A stretch of DNA of 64,000 nt. It comes from an uncultured Piscirickettsiaceae bacterium (GTDB taxonomy: Bacteria; Pseudomonadota; Gammaproteobacteria; GCF-002020875). Each line of letters starts with the position of its first letter. Position 1 is the stretch's first letter. Under the pieces are notes generated by a model that made no database searches, was not told where the DNA came from, and saw nothing but the letters and a program-made list of their open reading frames with translations. Positions 10,953-23,874 of the stretch are shown here, one piece after another. A program made the translations under genes and the position numbers. Location: the NCBI GenBank assembly GCA_964551545.1, contig CAZKCT010000003.1:4486-68485 (forward strand). The letters are read 5' to 3'.

Positions 10953-11429
10953 TCATGATTCACTCTTTTGATACCAGAAGGGGGCACTACTTCCCAGTAG
11001 TGCAGTTGCAATGCTGATATCCAGTGTAGCGACCAGGATCAGTGAGGTGAAATCTCCCTCAGCCCAGCGTGAGAGCATCGCGCCGGCTGAAATCATTAAC
11101 CCGAGGAAAACAAAGAATTGAGGACGGAAGAACTGCCATAGTTTGGGTAGTTCCAGAGCCTGAATACGCCGCAGGTTCTTTCGGCAGGCTGGCAGAAACA
11201 GATAGCGCGCCTTGATGCTGCCAGCAGCAACGCCACCCACGATAGCCCAGAGAAAGGCAGAAGAGCTGGTGGTGATCTCGGCGGCTTGAATCAACAGCGC
11301 AGCCGACTTCAAGGTGAGAATGGCGCTGCCCAAGTACCAGGTCGTCATGGCTAGTGCAGTCAATCGTCGATGAGTAGTGTGCAAGAGGGGCTTCAGATTC
11401 AGGTTTATTATTTGGTTCGTATTATGCAC
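10953..11429 (-). CDS. Small hydrophobic membrane protein of unknown function, co-directional with and upstream of mutS
   Basis: 3-4 predicted TM helices (LGSAILTLKSAALLIQAA, FLWAIVGGVAAG, FFVFLGLMISAGAML); no recognisable family; the true start may be the internal M (MTTWYLG). Confidence 0.45.
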   Translation of the reverse strand: MHNTNQIINLNLKPLLHTTHRRLTALAMTTWYLGSAILTLKSAALLIQAAEITTSSSAFLWAIVGGVAAGSIKARYLFLPACRKNLRRIQALELPKLWQFFRPQFFVFLGLMISAGAMLSRWAEGDFTSLILVATLDISIATALLGSSAPFWYQKSES

Positions 11430-11511
11430 AGACGCTGATTAAATGTCAGTGGAGCACCTCTATTTCCCGTTGCTACAATGGGATTATTTATTGGTTAGGG
11501 AAAGCCACTTT

Positions 11512-12000
11512 ATGCAGTCGAAAATAAACCAGTCCGTTCAGCAGCTCTCGCAACTGTTGGAACGTTACAAGGTGCGGGTTGCCACAGCAGAATCGTGTAC
11601 CGCTGGATGGATCGCCAAATCCCTGACCGATCCGGCTGGAAGCAGCGCATGGTTTGAACGTGGATTTGTGACCTATTCCAATGAAGCAAAGGAGGAGATG
11701 TTGGGAGTACAGCCTCCGACATTGATTGAACAAGGTGCAGTGAGCGAATCTGTTGTGCGTGAAATGGTGATGGGCGCACTGGAAAATAGTCGTGCTGATC
11801 TTGCTGTGGCGGTGAGTGGTATCGCTGGTCCCTCTGGAGGCACTACCGAAAAGCCAGTCGGACTGGTCTGGTTTGGCTGGCAGCGCCGGGGAGAAGAAGC
11901 GCAGACAGTCCACCATATTTTTTCTGGGGACCGTGATGCCGTACGTGCGCAAGCCGTATTGACTGCATTGCAAGGACTCTCTGCGCGACTGCAACGGTGA
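11512..12000 (+). CDS. pncC: Nicotinamide-nucleotide amidohydrolase PncC (CinA C-terminal domain protein)
   Basis: VRVATAESCTAGWIAKSLTDPAGSSAWFERGFVTYSNEAK matches the CinA fold; position upstream of recA as E. coli ygaD. Start set to ATG 11512 (the track ORF begins at 11443). Confidence 0.85.
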   Translation: MQSKINQSVQQLSQLLERYKVRVATAESCTAGWIAKSLTDPAGSSAWFERGFVTYSNEAKEEMLGVQPPTLIEQGAVSESVVREMVMGALENSRADLAVAVSGIAGPSGGTTEKPVGLVWFGWQRRGEEAQTVHHIFSGDRDAVRAQAVLTALQGLSARLQR

Positions 12001-12004
12001 CCTC

Positions 12005-12541
12005 TTGAATTCACTCTCTTCACCAAGGCGACTCTTTTTTGCATTAGAGCCTGATGACACTGTGCGTGGAGAGATCGATCAAATCAAACGGGCATGCGTG
12101 GAACAGAATCAAGGGCGCGCAGTTTACATCGACAACCTTCACCTGACACTGCGTTTTCTGGGAGGCGTTAAGGATGAGCAGCTGGCGTCGATCAGCAGCG
12201 CAGTTATGGAGATAGATGCGGCTCCATTTTCTATCGAGCTGGACTGCTTCGGCCATTGGGAACACCCGCGCGCGCTATGGATAGGGCCACAAATTACTCC
12301 CGTGCCACTGTTAGCACTGCAGCGGCGACTGGAGCAGGTGCTGGAGGAGGAGTGCAATATCGACCCGGAACAGAGCCCCTATCGCCCACATGTCACCTTG
12401 ATGCGCAAGGTGAAGAGAGTCGACCATCTCCCTCACTTTGCTCCATTTCAGTGGAACGTTTCACAGTTTTCATTGATGGAGTCAGTCTCTACTGTTGAAG
12501 GCGTGCAATACCATGTATTGAAACGCTGGAATTTAGGCTGA
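12005..12541 (+). CDS. thpR: RNA 2',3'-cyclic phosphodiesterase ThpR (2H phosphoesterase, LigT-like)
   Basis: Two H-x-T-x motifs (HLTLRFLG and HVTLMRKV); TTG start. Confidence 0.75.
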   Translation: MNSLSSPRRLFFALEPDDTVRGEIDQIKRACVEQNQGRAVYIDNLHLTLRFLGGVKDEQLASISSAVMEIDAAPFSIELDCFGHWEHPRALWIGPQITPVPLLALQRRLEQVLEEECNIDPEQSPYRPHVTLMRKVKRVDHLPHFAPFQWNVSQFSLMESVSTVEGVQYHVLKRWNLG

Positions 12542-12627
12542 GGCCTGCAGATTGGGGTGTGTACATCCCTTGCTTTATGGGATAATTTGCCGCTTTCCGA
12601 AACTGAACAAACGGGCAACTGGATTTG

Positions 12628-13665
12628 ATGGACGACAACCGTAAAAAGGCGCTACAAGCTGCACTGGGGCAGATTGAGCGCCAGTTTGGCAAAGGCTCCG
12701 TGATGCGTATGGGAGATGCCAACGCCCAGCGCGACATCGATGCGGTCTCTACCGGTTCACTGGGGCTCGATATAGCGCTTGGAATCGGAGGGCTGCCACG
12801 CGGTCGAGTGGTGGAGATCTATGGACCAGAATCCTCGGGCAAGACCACACTGACGCTGCATGCAGTTGCAGAGATGCAGAAGCTGGGAGGTACAGCCGCT
12901 TTTATCGACGCGGAGCATGCACTGGATCCGATCTATGCTGGCAAGGTCGGAGTGAATGTTGATGACCTACTGGTTTCCCAGCCAGATACGGGAGAACAGG
13001 CACTGGAAATCGCAGATATGTTGGTGCGTTCTGGTGGGGTCGATATCATCGTGATTGACTCTGTGGCTGCACTAACCCCCAAGGCTGAATTGGAAGGGGA
13101 TATGGGGGATAGCCATGTTGGGCTTCAGGCTCGGCTGATGTCTCAAGCGCTACGTAAATTGACAGCCAATATCAAACGCTCTAATACACTAGTCATCTTC
13201 ATCAACCAAATTCGCATGAAGATTGGAGTGATGTTTGGCAACCCTGAGACCACGACAGGGGGGAATGCACTGAAATTTTACTCCTCGGTCCGGCTCGATA
13301 TTCGTCGCATCGGCGCCATCAAAAAAGGTGATGAGATTCTCGGTAATGATACCCGCGTCAAGGTCGTGAAGAACAAGGTTGCTCCCCCCTTTAAACAAGT
13401 CACCTTCGATATCCTCTATGGTGAAGGGATCTCGCGTGAAGGGGAGATCATCGACCTCGGTGTTGGTCAGGGCATCGTGCAGAAGTCCGGGGCTTGGTAT
13501 AGCTATGGCAAGGAGCGCATTGGACAGGGCAAGGACAATGTACGTCAGTTCCTGAAAGAGCACCCGGAGATGGCGCAGGAGATCGAGCAGCAGGTACGGG
13601 CAAAATTGTTGCCGAAGAAGACAGCGCAGACTGAACAGGAAAGTGACGACAGCGCTGGAGAATGA
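12628..13665 (+). CDS. recA: Recombinase RecA
   Basis: GPESSGKTT Walker A, the L2 loop region and an acidic C-terminal tail; ATG at 12628 (the track ORF starts at TTG 12625). Confidence 0.97.
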   Translation: MDDNRKKALQAALGQIERQFGKGSVMRMGDANAQRDIDAVSTGSLGLDIALGIGGLPRGRVVEIYGPESSGKTTLTLHAVAEMQKLGGTAAFIDAEHALDPIYAGKVGVNVDDLLVSQPDTGEQALEIADMLVRSGGVDIIVIDSVAALTPKAELEGDMGDSHVGLQARLMSQALRKLTANIKRSNTLVIFINQIRMKIGVMFGNPETTTGGNALKFYSSVRLDIRRIGAIKKGDEILGNDTRVKVVKNKVAPPFKQVTFDILYGEGISREGEIIDLGVGQGIVQKSGAWYSYGKERIGQGKDNVRQFLKEHPEMAQEIEQQVRAKLLPKKTAQTEQESDDSAGE

Positions 13666-14107
13666 GCCTGAGGTCTGGAACCGCGCACTCTACCTGTTGT
13701 CGCGGCGTGAGCACTCGGTAAAAGAGCTGCGAGAGAAGCTGAAGCGCAAGGGCGCTGAAGAGGAGATAATCGAACAGGTCATAGAGCGGTTATTGGAAGA
13801 GGATTGGTTGAATGAGGGGCGCTTTGCCGAGAGCTTTACCCGCTCCCGCGTAGCGAAAGGGTTAGGCCCCTACCGCATCCGCAGAGAGCTGCAGGAGCGT
13901 GGGGTGACAGGGCAGGATATCGCCAATGCGATGGAACCATTTGAGGCGCAGTGGTTCGATCTGGCGATTGAGGTGAAACAGAGAAAATATGGTGCGGAAG
14001 TCGAAGAGGATTTCCGCGAGCGCGCAAAGCAGCAGCGCTTTCTGCAGTACCGGGGATTCTCCCATGAGCAGATCAGCGTCGCAGTGGAGCATCGAAATAG
14101 TGAATAG
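13643..14107 (+). CDS. recX: RecA regulator RecX
   Basis: [23 protein letters not shown] three-helix repeats; GTG start that overlaps the recA 3' end by 23 nt. Confidence 0.85.
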   Translation: MTTALENEPEVWNRALYLLSRREHSVKELREKLKRKGAEEEIIEQVIERLLEEDWLNEGRFAESFTRSRVAKGLGPYRIRRELQERGVTGQDIANAMEPFEAQWFDLAIEVKQRKYGAEVEEDFRERAKQQRFLQYRGFSHEQISVAVEHRNSE

Positions 14108-14143
14108 TGTTGCGTAACCGTAGAGCGTAGTGGAATAGACAAG

Positions 14144-16747
<2,604 letters not shown>

Positions 16748-16751
16748 GAAG

Positions 16752-17981
16752 ATGGCACTGATTGTTCAGAAATATGGCGGCACCTCAGTAGGCACTGTAG
16801 AGCGTATTGAAGCGGTGGCCGATAAGGTCAAGGCAAGCCGGGATCAGGGAAATCAGATCGTGGTCGTAGTCTCTGCGATGAGTGGGGAGACCAACCGTAT
16901 TATTGGCCTCGCCAAGCAGATTGACCCCAACCCCACTCCACGAGAGCTTGACGTGGCAATGGCCACTGGAGAGCAGGTCACGATTGCACTACTCACCATT
17001 GCGCTGGAGAAGCGTGGTGTACCGGCACGCTCCTTTACCGGGCCGCAGGTCCGTATTCTCACCGACAGCGCTCACAACAAAGCACGCATTCTCGATATCG
17101 ATGGTGAGCGTGTACGTAATGACCTGGAAAAGGGGCGAGTGATTGTGGTCGCCGGTTTTCAAGGAATGGATCAGGATGGCAGTATCACCACACTGGGACG
17201 TGGCGGCTCTGATACCTCTGCTGTAGCGATTGCTGCTGCAGTAAAAGCAGATGAGTGCCAGATCTACACCGACGTGGATGGGGTCTACACCACCGATCCG
17301 CGTGTGGTCCCCAATGCGCGTCGTATGGAGCGAGTCACCTTCGAGGAGATGCTGGAGATGGCCAGCCTCGGCTCTAAGGTTCTACAGATTCGTGCCGTCG
17401 AATTTGCAGGAAAATACAACGTCCCCCTTCGGGTACTCTCCAGCTTTGAGGAGGGACCTGGCACACTGATTACATTTGAGGAAGAAGGCATGGAACAACC
17501 CGTCATCTCCGGCATCGCATTCCAGCGTGATGAGGCCAAACTAACCATTCGTGGCGTCCCCGACAAGCCTGGCGTGGCCAGTCAGATTCTCTCTGCGATC
17601 TCGGATCAGAACATCGAAATCGATATGATTGTGCAGAACATCGCCAACGATGGCACCACAGACTTCACCTTCACTGTCCATCGCAATGACTATATACAAG
17701 CGATGGCCGCTCTGGAGAGAGTTGGTGGAGAGCTCGAGGCACGTGAAATCATTGGAGACGATAAGATCGTCAAAGTTTCACTGGTTGGGGTAGGGATGCG
17801 TTCCCATGCTGGCATTGCCTCCAAGATGTTTGAGGCGCTGGCAGGAAAGGGGGTTAATATCCAGATGATCTCTACCTCTGAGATCAAGATCTCCGTGATC
17901 ATTAATGAAGACTATCTGGAGCTGGCAGTGCGCGCGCTTCATGATGCTTTTGAGCTGGAGGCGGAACCTGAGGCCGCCTAA
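16752..17981 (+). CDS. lysC: Aspartate kinase (monofunctional, two ACT domains)
   Basis: KYGGTSVG kinase N-terminus; C-terminal tandem ACT domains. Confidence 0.92.
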   Translation: MALIVQKYGGTSVGTVERIEAVADKVKASRDQGNQIVVVVSAMSGETNRIIGLAKQIDPNPTPRELDVAMATGEQVTIALLTIALEKRGVPARSFTGPQVRILTDSAHNKARILDIDGERVRNDLEKGRVIVVAGFQGMDQDGSITTLGRGGSDTSAVAIAAAVKADECQIYTDVDGVYTTDPRVVPNARRMERVTFEEMLEMASLGSKVLQIRAVEFAGKYNVPLRVLSSFEEGPGTLITFEEEGMEQPVISGIAFQRDEAKLTIRGVPDKPGVASQILSAISDQNIEIDMIVQNIANDGTTDFTFTVHRNDYIQAMAALERVGGELEAREIIGDDKIVKVSLVGVGMRSHAGIASKMFEALAGKGVNIQMISTSEIKISVIINEDYLELAVRALHDAFELEAEPEAA

Positions 17982-18124
17982 CCACCCCATTTCAATATTG
18001 CAGAACATCAAAAAAACCTGAATTTCTAATGTTCTAGCAATTGTTTGAATGATCGGTATACTCTCAAGAATCAATGGCATGAAGCCGTTGGGGGAACCAT
18101 ACAATAATAAAATGGAGAGAGGGA

Positions 18125-18310
18125 ATGCTGATTCTGACAAGGCGTGTCGGGGAGACCGTACGAATCGGGGATGATGTATCCATTACTGTGCTTGGGGTGA
18201 AGGGGAATCAGGTGCGAATAGGCATTGATGCACCTCGCGAAGTAGCGGTCCATCGAGAAGAGATCTATCAGAGAATCCTCAATGAAGAGAATGAACTCAA
18301 CGAAGAGTAG
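18125..18310 (+). CDS. csrA: Carbon storage regulator CsrA
   Basis: [37 protein letters not shown] is canonical CsrA; the GGA-rich leader upstream fits autoregulation. Confidence 0.97.
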   Translation: MLILTRRVGETVRIGDDVSITVLGVKGNQVRIGIDAPREVAVHREEIYQRILNEENELNEE

Positions 18311-18443
18311 AATACCACTCAAGAGAGACAAAAAAAGCGGTCGAAAGAAGCTGGATCAGCTTTACCTGACTCTCATCTGAGGGTATCCTTTGCGCCGTTT
18401 TCTGAAGCATAGAAGTCACCTTCGCTTCAATCAAACACCATCT

Positions 18444-18533
18444 GGAGAGCTGGCCGAGTGGCTGAAGGCGCGCCCCTGCTAAGGGCGTATAGGTGAAAGC
18501 TTATCGAGGGTTCGAATCCCTCGCTCTCCGCCA
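18444..18533 (+). tRNA. serV: tRNA-Ser (anticodon GCU), type II with long variable arm
   Basis: GGAGAGCTGGCCGAGTGGCTGAAGGCGCGCCCCTGCTAAGGGCG...GGTTCGAATCCCTCGCTCTCCGCCA; the anticodon loop CU-GCU-AA gives GCU; near-identical to E. coli serV, which also follows csrA. Confidence 0.9.
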
Positions 18534-18550
18534 TTATCCAATCATCTAAA

Positions 18551-18576
18551 AAGGATCCTGCAGGATCCTTTTTTCG
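18551..18576 (+). terminator. Rho-independent terminator after tRNA-Ser
   Basis: Perfect 16-nt palindrome ggatcctgcaggatcc (stem 6, loop 4) followed by TTTTTT. Confidence 0.6.
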
Positions 18577-18837
18577 GGTTCCGCACAAGTGGTCTGTCCT
18601 GTCCCCTTTGGTTAGTGGAAGAGGGGGTGTCCCACATGGAGTTCTTTCCGTAATTGGAAGGCTGCCATGAACCGTTTCATGATAGAGTTCGAAGATCGAC
18701 TGCAGGACTTTGTTTAACCAACCACGGCAGTTACACAGTTTAAATTACTGAATCGCCCCCGATTCTCTAGACAGATTTCAGCCTCATTTCTTGGTGCTGC
18801 TGCTCACCTTCTCCGTCTTATCGATTGTCTACTTCCT

Positions 18838-19179
18838 CTACAGCAATTTTACGCCTGCTTCCCCTGATGCTCGATCCACTACAAATAGGCGTTCACAATA
18901 CTCCTGTAAAGTATCGGGCGGAGTAGGGTCATCGGCACAACTACAGCCGCCAATGATGCCTGAGAAGAAAATTCCAGCCTTCACCTCTACAGAGTTCTCA
19001 TGCTCGTCGATTCGAATAATCACAGCGGAGAATGGGTCATCATGACTGACAACTGAGGTATGCTCCAATCCTTTCTGTAGTTTTAGCTGGTCGTGCGTCA
19101 ACTGCTCGATAGCCTGCTTAAACGTGGCCTTGAAGTCTGCATCCAGAGGGCCTTGTGGGATCGTGTGGAGTTGAATCAT
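18838..19179 (-). CDS. Hypothetical small protein (113 aa) with a C-terminal GGCSC...C motif
   Basis: ORF only; no family recognised; possible metal-binding CxC plus distal Cys (GIIGGCSCADDPTPPDTLQEYCERL). Confidence 0.4.
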   Translation of the reverse strand: MIQLHTIPQGPLDADFKATFKQAIEQLTHDQLKLQKGLEHTSVVSHDDPFSAVIIRIDEHENSVEVKAGIFFSGIIGGCSCADDPTPPDTLQEYCERLFVVDRASGEAGVKLL

Positions 19180-19296
19180 TCGACTATTGTAGCAGCAGGA
19201 TCACGCACAGGAGAGTACCATCGGTCAGGTCAGTGGCTATTCATTACTTCATCATTTGCTAGAATTCATCCACTGTATCATTTCAGGAATTCTCTG

Positions 19297-19791
19297 ATGA
19301 GTGAAAGTAAAAAAGTCTCCGTTCTCTTTGTCTGCATGGGCAATATCTGTCGCTCCCCGACGGCGCATGGCGTCTTTCGTAAACTGGTTGAGGATGCCGG
19401 GCTGCAGAATTCCATTGAGGTCGATTCGGCAGGCACGCACTCCTACCATGTTGGCCACCCACCGGATGAGCGATCTCAACAGACCGCAATACGCAGAGGG
19501 CTCGATATGAGCGATCTGCGCGCTCGTAAAGCCAAGGAGCGAGACTTCGATCGCTTTGATCTGGTGCTGGCAATGGATCGTGATAATTTCTCTATCCTGC
19601 AAGGCTATACCTCTGCAGAGAGTGCAGGGCGGCTACACCTGCTCATGGATTTTGCCTCAGATCAGTGGCGCACACGTGAGGTACCGGATCCCTATTATGG
19701 CGGTCCAAATGGCTTCGAACAGGTGTTTGATATGGTGGAAGATGCCTCACGTGGATTGCTCCAACACATCCGGGATCAATTCCAGGTTTAA
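19297..19791 (+). CDS. Low-molecular-weight protein-tyrosine phosphatase
   Basis: P-loop VLFVCMGNICRSP (C-X5-R) at the N-terminus and a DPYYG general-acid loop; start set to ATG 19297 inside the longer track ORF. Confidence 0.85.
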   Translation: MSESKKVSVLFVCMGNICRSPTAHGVFRKLVEDAGLQNSIEVDSAGTHSYHVGHPPDERSQQTAIRRGLDMSDLRARKAKERDFDRFDLVLAMDRDNFSILQGYTSAESAGRLHLLMDFASDQWRTREVPDPYYGGPNGFEQVFDMVEDASRGLLQHIRDQFQV

Positions 19792-19854
19792 CCCATCGCT
19801 TCACTCAAGCCACACCATAAAAAAGGGCTCCTGCTGGAGCCCTTTTCTTTTTCT

Positions 19855-22305
19855 TTACCCTTCACTTCCGCTACTGGTTGGAGCAGCAGGGGGTGGGGTT
19901 GGCTTGGGTTTATCAGTAGCCGGTCTCTTTTCTACAGCCGGAGCCGACTTCTTTTCTGTAGCGGCTGGGGCCGGTTTTGACTTTGGTGCTGGCTGTGCAG
20001 CCTTCTCTGCCTTTGGCTTCTGCTCACCACCACTCTTTTCGCTAACAGCAGGACGCTTAGGTTTCGCCTCCTGATTGCCTTTATTGGCTGCAGGGGCAGG
20101 GCTGTTACCCTTTGGCTGAGAGGAGGAGGGCGTGTCGCTCTTATTCTGCTCGCGCTTTTGCCCCTTCTCCTCAGAACGTCTCTGCTGCGGCTTGTCGGAA
20201 CGCGGCTGTGACTCTGGCTTCTTCTGTTGAGGCTTATTGCCACCGCCCTTATTGTCCTGCTGTTGCTGCTTATCCTGTTGCTGTTGTTGGCGACCCTGTT
20301 GTTGTCCCTTATTCTGCTGGGATGACTGATTACCACCACGGCCTCGCCCTCCGCGGGAGCGACGTCGCTGCCCCCCCTGGCCCTTGGATTGCTGCTGTTG
20401 CTGCTTCTCGCCATCACCACCACCTTGACCTTGCTGACGATTGCCGCCGCGAGAGCGGTTGCCCTGCCCACCTCTGCGAGAGGGGTGTCGGCCACCACCA
20501 CTACTGCGATTGCCCTGGCGATTACGGTTTCTTCCCTGGCGTTTACCGGAAGATTTCTTCTCTGGTTGCTTCTCCTTTTCCGCCTCCTTGCTACCACCGC
20601 CAAAGAGTGTTGAGAAGAGCTTCTTGATGAATGATGGGGATTCCTCACTCTTTTCGACAGCAGGCTCTTTAGCCTTCTTTTCAACTTGAGGAACCGGAGC
20701 ATTCGGCATGATTTCACGTACAGCAGGCTTATCACGCTGAACGGCGGCAGTCTCCTGCACAACATCACTCTCCGTACTCTCCTCCTCTACGACACGCTTA
20801 TAGCTAGGACGGCGATCCTGTTCCTGATCGCTATCTTTCTTGCGTGAACGCTCGATACTGTAGTGCGGAGTATCAAGTGTATGGTTCGGAATCAGCGCCA
20901 CAGAGACGCCACAACGGGATTCGATCTCAACAATGGCAGCGCGTTTCTCATTCAATAGATAAGTTGCTACCGGAATTGGAAGCTGGGCAGAGACCTGACC
21001 GGTACCTTCCTTGAGCGCCTCTTCCTGTATCAATCTCAACACTGAGAGGGCAATGGACTGTGTGCCACGAATAGTTCCCTGACCACTACAGCGTGGACAG
21101 ACGTTATGGGCAGACTCTCCCAACGAGGGGCGCAGCCGCTGACGAGACATTTCCAGCAGTCCAAAGCGAGAGATTCGCCCCACCTGAACACGGGCACGAT
21201 CGTAGCGTAGTGCCTCTCTCAGGCGATTCTCCACTGCCCGCTGATTCTTGGTGGATTGCATATCGATAAAATCGATCACCACAAGACCGCCACTGTCACG
21301 AAGACGGAGTTGACGGGCAATTTCATCTGCTGCTTCCAGGTTGGCGTTGAGGGCCGTCTCCTCAATATTACTTCCCTTGGTGGCGCGCGCCGAGTTGATA
21401 TCAATCGAGATCAGTGCCTCGGTCGGGTCGATTACAATGGAGCCACCCGATGGGAGGCGTACCTCGCGCTGGAAAGCGGACTCCAGTTGGCTCTCAATCT
21501 GAAAACGGGTGAAGATGGGCGTCTCGTCCTGATAGCGTTTCAGCTTTTTCAGGTTATGCGGCATTACCCGTGACATGAACTCATGCGCCGTGTAGTAGGT
21601 GTCCTCATCATCGATCAGGATCTCACCAATCTCATCACGCAGGTAGTCACGAATCGCACGAACGACAATATCGCTCTCACGATAGATCAGGAAGGGGGCG
21701 GGCTTCTCTGCGGCCTGTTCAATACTAGTCCAAATTTGATGCTGGTAGTCGAGATCCCACTGCAACTCTTCGGTGGTTTTTCCTACACCTGCGGTGCGAA
21801 CGATTGCACCAGAACCCTCAGGAATCTCCATGTCGCGCATTGCAGTCCGCAACTCTTGGCGATCTTTCCCTTCAATTCTACGTGAGATCCCTCCAGCGCG
21901 TGGATTGTTGGGCATGTAGACAAGGTAACGACCTGCCATGCTGATGAACGTGGTGAGCGCAGCACCTTTATTGCCGCGTTCTTCCTTCTCGATCTGAACG
22001 ATGACCTCTTGACCCTCTTTGATCGCATCGCTGATTGTAGGTCGCTTACCCTCTTCAAAAGCTCCTTCCTTGAAGTAGCTACGAGAGATCTCCTTGAATG
22101 GGAGAAAGCCGTGACGCTCACAACCGTAATTGACAAAAGCAGCCTCAAGGCTCGGCTCTACACGAGTAATCTTGCCTTTGTAGAGGTTTCCTTTTTTCTT
22201 CTCGTAGGCTGCACTCTCGATATCGAGGTCATAAAGATACTGGCCATCAACCAGCGCAACACGCAACTCTTCCTGCTGAGTTGCATTCATCAAAATTCTT
22301 TTCAT
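19855..22305 (-). CDS. rne: Ribonuclease E
   Basis: N-terminal catalytic half near-identical to E. coli Rne ([31 protein letters not shown]...); C-terminal half is a low-complexity Arg/Gln/Gly/Pro-rich scaffold. Confidence 0.95.
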   Translation of the reverse strand: MKRILMNATQQEELRVALVDGQYLYDLDIESAAYEKKKGNLYKGKITRVEPSLEAAFVNYGCERHGFLPFKEISRSYFKEGAFEEGKRPTISDAIKEGQEVIVQIEKEERGNKGAALTTFISMAGRYLVYMPNNPRAGGISRRIEGKDRQELRTAMRDMEIPEGSGAIVRTAGVGKTTEELQWDLDYQHQIWTSIEQAAEKPAPFLIYRESDIVVRAIRDYLRDEIGEILIDDEDTYYTAHEFMSRVMPHNLKKLKRYQDETPIFTRFQIESQLESAFQREVRLPSGGSIVIDPTEALISIDINSARATKGSNIEETALNANLEAADEIARQLRLRDSGGLVVIDFIDMQSTKNQRAVENRLREALRYDRARVQVGRISRFGLLEMSRQRLRPSLGESAHNVCPRCSGQGTIRGTQSIALSVLRLIQEEALKEGTGQVSAQLPIPVATYLLNEKRAAIVEIESRCGVSVALIPNHTLDTPHYSIERSRKKDSDQEQDRRPSYKRVVEEESTESDVVQETAAVQRDKPAVREIMPNAPVPQVEKKAKEPAVEKSEESPSFIKKLFSTLFGGGSKEAEKEKQPEKKSSGKRQGRNRNRQGNRSSGGGRHPSRRGGQGNRSRGGNRQQGQGGGDGEKQQQQQSKGQGGQRRRSRGGRGRGGNQSSQQNKGQQQGRQQQQQDKQQQQDNKGGGNKPQQKKPESQPRSDKPQQRRSEEKGQKREQNKSDTPSSSQPKGNSPAPAANKGNQEAKPKRPAVSEKSGGEQKPKAEKAAQPAPKSKPAPAATEKKSAPAVEKRPATDKPKPTPPPAAPTSSGSEG

Positions 22306-22887
22306 TTTCTGTTCTCAGTTTCCTGTGGCCGGAAAGCTGTGAGCAGAGCACAGAAGCAGAACGCTATCGCCGAACAGAAGTAGTGTAGGCAATGCCACAT
22401 GGGCGCCTACGGATATGGATAAAGTTGATATTCTTATTGAAAAACATTCAGTTATTCTTCTCTTCAGAACCTGTCAAATTCTGATTTTTTGAACCAAGTG
22501 CCTCATTGCACTTCATTCGATCATCCATGTCTATATCAATTACTTCTGCCAAAGATGGCGATCAAAACATTTACTTCTGATCTCTCTTCAACACTGTGCT
22601 TTCGGGTAATTTTCCCTGTATCGTGATACCCACGCTGCTCATCTTATCGAGTAGGGCGTATCACTCAAATTCTATATTTTCCGGTTAAGTTTATTATTCT
22701 CTTAATCCTGCAATCCCGTGGCCACTCTTCAGTGGTCTCAGGCTGCCTCATCTGTGAATACGGAGAGTCCTCCCACAGACAATCAAATCGGACTATACCA
22801 GCGAAGCTGTTGATCTGCAATGCAATCCACAATCCCTTCATAAAAGGATGAGCATCCGCAAGAGGCAGCAGATAGAATACATCGCCT

Positions 22888-23874
22888 ATGTCTTCTTCGT
22901 CCCAACATTCTCAACAAGGGCACTCGGAACAGCACCAGGTACGCCACCTGCAGATTGATGCGGAACAGGCGGGACAACGTGTTGATAACTTTCTGTTGTC
23001 ACAACTAAAAGGGGTTCCCAAAAGCCGCATTTACCGAATTTTGCGAAAAGGAGAGGTTCGGGTCAACAAGAAGCGGGTCAAGCCCACTTATCGCCTACAG
23101 TCCGGAGATCTGTTGAGAATCCCACCTGTTCGGGTATCCGCACCCTCTGAGGCACCTGAGAAGCATCGCGTCCAGTGGATGGAAGAGGCAATCCTCTATG
23201 AGGATGAGGTGATTTTAGTGCTCAACAAACCCTCTGGCATTGCAGTCCATGGGGGAAGCGGAATTCAATTTGGAGTGATTGAGGGAATCCGTGCGCTTCG
23301 TGAACATTCGGACCATTATGAGCTGGTTCACCGAATTGATCGCGCCACCTCTGGCCTACTGATCATTGCCAAAAAGCGATCTGCACTGCGTTTTCTCCAC
23401 CAGGTGATTCGTGAACAAGGGATGGAGAAGCGATATCTGGCACTGGTTGCAGGAAAGATGCGCAAGAGCCGCACGATCAATGCCTCTCTTAAAAAGAGTG
23501 TTCTCCGCTCAGGAGAGAGAATGGTCACCGTTGATCCGCAGGGTAAAGAGGCAGAGAGTCGATTCCTTCCACGTCTCAGCTGTCCAACTGCAACACTTGC
23601 TGAGGTAGAGATTGTCACCGGACGCACCCATCAGATCCGCGTCCACGGTACTCATATAGACCACCCATTGGCCGGAGATGAGCGCTATGGTGATATGGAG
23701 TTCAATCAACAGATGAAAAAGAGGGGGCTGAATCGGCTCTTCCTTCATGCTTACCAGCTCGCTTTCCCGCACCCTGTTGATGGCACCACGGTTCGATTGG
23801 AGGCACCACTTCCCAATACGCTGGTGAAAGTGGTCGATCATTTGAAAGAGGAGGGGGGATGCAAAACGCTATAA
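22888..23874 (+). CDS. rluC: 23S rRNA pseudouridine(955/2504/2580) synthase RluC
   Basis: S4 domain followed by an RluA-family catalytic domain (HRIDRATSGLLIIAKK); divergent from rne as in E. coli. Confidence 0.92.
   Translation: MSSSSQHSQQGHSEQHQVRHLQIDAEQAGQRVDNFLLSQLKGVPKSRIYRILRKGEVRVNKKRVKPTYRLQSGDLLRIPPVRVSAPSEAPEKHRVQWMEEAILYEDEVILVLNKPSGIAVHGGSGIQFGVIEGIRALREHSDHYELVHRIDRATSGLLIIAKKRSALRFLHQVIREQGMEKRYLALVAGKMRKSRTINASLKKSVLRSGERMVTVDPQGKEAESRFLPRLSCPTATLAEVEIVTGRTHQIRVHGTHIDHPLAGDERYGDMEFNQQMKKRGLNRLFLHAYQLAFPHPVDGTTVRLEAPLPNTLVKVVDHLKEEGGCKTL

Noticed and set aside
12542-12627. Looked for a LexA/SOS box (CTGT-N8-ACAG) upstream of recA
   Set aside because: No match to the gammaproteobacterial consensus. 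Only a weak GAAC-N7-CAAC resemblance, which I do not consider sufficient.
18534-18837. Second tRNA or partial tRNA duplication (att site) downstream of tRNA-Ser, as E. coli has argV after serV
   Set aside because: No cloverleaf-compatible sequence and no repeat of the tRNA 3' end found by eye.
20220-20420. CAG/CTG-rich repetitive DNA that might look like a repeat array
   Set aside because: It is the coding sequence of the poly-Gln/Arg-Gly scaffold of RNase E, not a CRISPR or intergenic tandem repeat; no spacer-repeat periodicity.
19932-20768. 278-aa minus-strand ORF and several 70-170-aa plus-strand ORFs inside the rne C-terminal region
   Set aside because: Shadow frames of the Arg/Gln-rich rne scaffold; the low-complexity DNA keeps alternative frames open and has no independent coding signal.
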